A stretch of 64,000 nt of DNA from the NCBI GenBank assembly GCA_000708835.1, contig DF237084.1, positions 1-64,000 of the forward strand. Direction: 5' to 3'. Under the pieces are notes generated by a model. The model did not search any database. It worked only from the letters and a program-made list of their open reading frames with translations, and was not told the DNA's origin. The stretch comes from Klebsormidium nitens (taxonomy: Eukaryota > Plantae > Klebsormidiophyceae). Positions 59,612 to 64,000 of the stretch are shown piece after piece. Position 1 is the first letter of the stretch. Each line of letters opens with the position of its first letter. A program made the translations under genes and the position numbers.

Positions 59612-62600
59612 ATGGCTTCAAGTGGGAGGCTGTCTGCAACCATCGGCCTCGGCCTTCTCGCTGTACTCCTAACAGCCAGCTGCAGCTTTCAGAAAGCAAA
59701 TGCACAGGCGAGCAAACCCTCATTCAACTACACTCAGGGGGGTGCAGATTGGGGAAGCCTCTGCGTGAATGGATCGGTGAGTTTTGCATCTTAGAGTTGT
59801 CCAGAACTCCCCTGCAGATCAAGGTTTGCATACAAGTGCCAGTTTAAGGCCCGTAGCATGGTGACATTAAACAAATGCTGCTTGTTGTGACTTCAGAAAG
59901 TTAAGAACTCAATTGCTCCCAGACCTGCTGAGCTACAAGATCTTCAATGTGCAACTGCTAGTTGGCAAAACTGAATGAAGAGCGTAGCGAAGCTTTAGCT
60001 CATGGGGCATTGTCAATGGTCATGCACTATCTCACCAACGCCACCATCTTGCCCGGTATGAGAGACTGAGATGAGCGTCCTTCTGAAGAAGACTTGGGCA
60101 TTTGCACAAAGCTAACTGTGCCAACCACCAGTCAACAAGCGTCCGAACTAATAAAACACAAGAGCTTCTTTGTACTTCGGGACCTAACACATTTGCATGC
60201 ACAGAAGTGTTCCCACTGCACCAGAAATGTCGATGAGGGTGTTGATTGGTCAGATATATGGTTGCAAGCTCTCCTTCTTCAATACAGAATACTTTTAGGT
60301 CAGAATATCAGGAAACCAGAGTCACTTGGAAGCGATGGAAGTGCTTTCATATTTACAGCTGGTCAACCCTGTGTCAAATGTCGATCCTATGTTGCCATCC
60401 TGGGAAGATGATGCTCTTTTGGCATATTCTGTAGTTGCTCATAGGTCTCAGCGCTTCTAGTGACATTATGCATATTCCGAAATGTCCTCTCACGTCATTC
60501 TGATTTTGTCTGTGCAGTTTCAATCTCCTATCAACGTTCGCACGGCCCGGGCCACTGTGAACGGCACCATTGGGCCTGACTCCTCCTTTGTGCTTCAGTA
60601 CGAGCGACTCAGCAATTACACCATCGTAAACAAGGGGCAGACCATTGAGGTGAGCTGCCGGCTCAATAATGGCCACATACTGATAATGGCCACATCCACA
60701 TTATAACGTGACTCTCTTAAATCAAGCGTATGCAGGTGTGCTGGTGTTTCAAAATGTCTTCTCATAAGAATGATACCAAGAGGATGCTGCTAGGGAAGGA
60801 GAAAACAAGAGCTTGGAAGAGCAGGAGGGCTCAGCATGTCTTCAACTTTACTACAATTTCAGCAAGACAGAGTATGCACGTTTTAATCCAATGGCAAGCC
60901 TTGTTGATTCTTGAAGTTCTCCTTCTGCTGGAAAGGCGTCTCATGCAGCTGCAACCCCCTACTCCTTAGACCAACGAGTCTGTGATCAGCAAAATCCGAA
61001 AAGTGGGGGAGGAGGAAAGGGATTGAGGGGCTGAGAGGGAGAGAAGGGGGAGGGGGGAGATGGGAGGGAAGGGGCGTTGGGAGTGCGGGGTGGGGGACGA
61101 GAAGGGGCTAAAGGCAAGGTGTGAGGGTGGGCTTCACGGTTGCTTCAGTCTCCAGATAATCGTCATGCGAAGTTAAGGGGCGCCCTTCTACGTATGTACC
61201 TGTTGGCTTTAGCAGATTCAATCCTTTACATTTCCTCTAAGGCTTGAGACTTGAAACAACAGGACGCATGCAGCTGTCTCAGATTTTGGCTAGTGGATAA
61301 CCCCTGCTGTGTCCTTCATGTGTTGAAGGTTCGGAATGATTGTGGGCCATCCTTAAGACTTGACAGTGCCATGCTACTTGAATTTTCTGCCATCAACCAT
61401 TATCACTGTTGTTAATGTTTTACAGTTTGAAGGTGGTGAGAACAACAACCTCACACTTCCAACCGCCATCTACAAGCCAACCAATGGCACCTCCAAGCTT
61501 CACCTCTTGCAATCTCACTTCCACGAGCCTAGGTGAGCCCTACTACTACAACATGAAACACCTAAGGGGGTCCTTTCCCGCAAAAATAAGGAGAGTTGGG
61601 CTACGATGTGCTTAAGGAATTACTGGAGTTTTCATTTTTGAGCCATTTTGGAATGACTGAGGCAGCTTGTTGCTTCTACACGGCATTGTTTTGCTCACGT
61701 GGCAGCTACCGTAGCCGCCTATTGCTTGTTTTCCTTGTCAGATCTGGCTTCTCCTAGTAGTCTGAGGTCAAAATATAGTGGCACAAAATCAGCATCCTTT
61801 CCCCTACACATGGGCCCTCTTGCGCCCTTCATCTGAACCCATCTGTCAACGTCATAAACCGGTTAGCGGTTTGAAATTGCGTTCAATGTCGGGGGTGATC
61901 TTGAAGATGCAACATTTTAGATGGTTTTGAGTTGCAGGATGGGGTAGTTATGTTTCATCCGGATTGTTGCACTCAAGAATCTCAAATAATTGGAATGCTA
62001 AGACCAGCCTGCCCGTCATTCAAAAACAATCAATCTTCGAAGTCGCATGTGTTTAAGATAATTTCATCCAGGTTATCGTATTGAACTGAGGTCGGGCCCT
62101 TGCACGTCTAAGACCAGCCAGCCATCCGCAAACGACCAACCCTGTTTACAGTATGTCAACCCTCCAACCAATCTTGTTCACACTGACAATATGCAGTGAG
62201 CACCTGAGGGAGGGGGTCGCGTATCCCTTGGAGCAGCACTTCGTGCACAACGACGCCGCTACTGGTCGGTTCGCTGTGCTGGCAGTCTTCTACAAGATTG
62301 ATGACGAAGAAGTCCCCAACCCGTTCCTGAGCCAGATCCTCAACTACGCCCCTGGCGGCTACAACAACAAGACTGTGGTGTGTTTTCGTTAGAAGCTCCC
62401 TTCTCAGTACTTGCAACATTGATCACTGTCTCAGCCTGTTGTACTCTCAGGCAAGAACGCTCTGCTACCGCGCATGGCCAAGATCTAGGACTCTGAAGGA
62501 GACGTCTGTTGAAGCAGTGACTAAATCCTAAGAAACGATCTGTAAGCTTGGCAGGTCTAGCATCTGCTTTCGGCTTAAATCCTTGAGAACCTGGATGCCT

Positions 62601-64000
62601 CATCAGTCCATCTGATAATCTTGAAAGCAGGCGTGCAATTCACGACTCATAACTCGTAGCACAATGAGCTGGGACTGGGCCCTATATTTGCGAGTCATAT
62701 TATACGCGCTTTTAAAGCCATATCCCGTCTCTCTTAGATCAGCTTCCTTATCATCGCTGCCGCTTCAAGCTAAGCCTTCCTCGAGTTCAACTGGGGTAAG
62801 CGCAGAATCATCCAAGTGCTCTCGAGTAAGTCTTACAATAGGAACAACTAACCACGCTCTTAATGCGCTTGTGCTCAGGTGACTAACCAGACGATCGACC
62901 TGCCTGCCTGGATTCCCATCAACAGCAACTACTTCCACTACAACGGTAGCCTTACCACCCCTCCCTGCACGGAGGGTATCATGTGGTTCGTCCTGGACAC
63001 ACCTCTGACCATGTCATCTGCTCAGCTTACACAAGTGAGTCGCTGCAACCTGTGGAGTTTCTTGTCTTTTATTACGATTGTCTGGCCACAAGAAGGCTCG
63101 TCAAGAGGGAGGCCGGTTGTGTGGCATGCCAGCTGGTTACACGATTCGGAGATTGCGTAATGATTGGACTGTTTCCGGAGTGACCCTTGGGTGCCAAGTG
63201 AGCGCCAAGCAAGCGGTGAAAGGGCGAGTAAGCTCCAGATAAGCCACGGCAATGTCATGCGATAAAAAGGACGCAGTTACAGCAGCACTTAGTCCGACAG
63301 GCGCTCCGGCTTACTGCCCGTTCGTCGCTCGAAGTCGACTGGTCACCGACTCGTACCAGTATTAAGCATATGGCATCACCCTAACGCGGAAGGTGACTGA
63401 TCAGGTGGAAGGCAACCTGATTGCCTGCAATTCGGATCGAGCCTGCTAGCGTCCCTCATTCATAACGAGTGCAGCTCGACTCCCAAGACCACGCAATACT
63501 TCCGCTTCGCTTTCCTTCCTCAGCTTGATCGGCGTTTCGCGAAACAAGAGGATCGGGAAGGATTCGAGCGAGAAGAAACGCCTAAAACGCAGAGTCACTG
63601 GAGACTTCGGCTGTTCAATTGCTTGCACGAAAGTTTCAGACAGCAATGAATGGACAGAAGGAGACTGCAAAGTGCTCTGTCACAAGGTTCTTCACGACAA
63701 GGACAGGGCAAAAAGCATTCGTTGCTATATTCTGGTGCTTTTGCCCGCGTCCGTATGCAGTGAAGAAAGCACGGCAGCGACGACGCAGAGTACTTCGGTT
63801 GTCTTTTTACCAACACCAGAAAATACCAGTCTTTTCATCCTTGGCCGTCGCAGTGCATCCGTTTGCAGCCACGTGTCAGGCGGGTCAATCTTGCGGGGCA
63901 TTCACATGTGCATCCTTCTCTCGTGCAGTATCAGAGGCTGACGTTCTTGGGCGGAGGCGATCGCGGGGACAACCGCCCCCTTCAGAGGGTGGGAACGCGC
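59612..64000 (+). CDS. Secreted alpha-carbonic anhydrase (3' end beyond window), join(59612..59776,60518..60649,61426..61532,62197..62374,62879..63034,63929..>64000)
   Basis: Signal peptide MASSGRLSATIGLGLLAVLLTASCSFQKANA; FNYTQGGADWGSLCVNGS/FQSPINV; zinc ligands in QSHFH and LEQHFVH; EPSEH; YFHYNGSLTTPPCTEGIMW; GDNRPLQRVGTR. Confidence 0.95.
61005..61130 (+). repeat. G/A-rich low-complexity purine tract in carbonic anhydrase intron 2
   Basis: GGGGGAGGAGGAAAGGG...GGGAGAGAAGGGGGAGGGGGGAGATGGGAGGGAAGGGG...GGGGTGGGGG; more than 10 G-runs of at least 3. Confidence 0.85.

Noticed and set aside
1-64000. rRNA, tRNA or autonomous transposase/RT genes
   Set aside because: No recognisable signatures were found by eye. 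tRNAscan-SE, Infernal and RepeatMasker would be needed to exclude them formally.

Overview
Eukaryotic, intron-rich genomic DNA with GT-AG introns, GC/CpG-rich exons and two N gaps. Gene content and style suggest a streptophyte green alga such as Klebsormidium (inference only). Exons were traced by hand. Six multi-exon genes are well supported: SEC13 (+); a 17-kb SPT20/PHL-like SAGA subunit with a Q/G/P-rich tail (-); a TRF4/5-like non-canonical poly(A) polymerase with a ~900-aa single-exon tail (+); a protein with two SAP-like repeats, a helical solenoid and a MYND finger (+); a bacterial-type maltose O-acetyltransferase (-); and a secreted alpha-carbonic anhydrase that runs off the right edge (+). 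There is also a ubiquitin-like + IPT/TIG protein, a SWIM-finger exon, a short coiled-coil gene, a 279-bp MITE with TIRs and a 6-bp flanking duplication, and a dispersed repeat family. The most striking unexplained pattern: at least 15 times, in 5 genes, a decayed copy of an exon boundary (splice site plus roughly 20-80 nt of exon) sits about 100-200 nt away in the adjacent intron. These 'exon-edge echoes' look like nucleosome-sized tandem duplications across splice sites. No rRNA, tRNA or CRISPR array was recognised.
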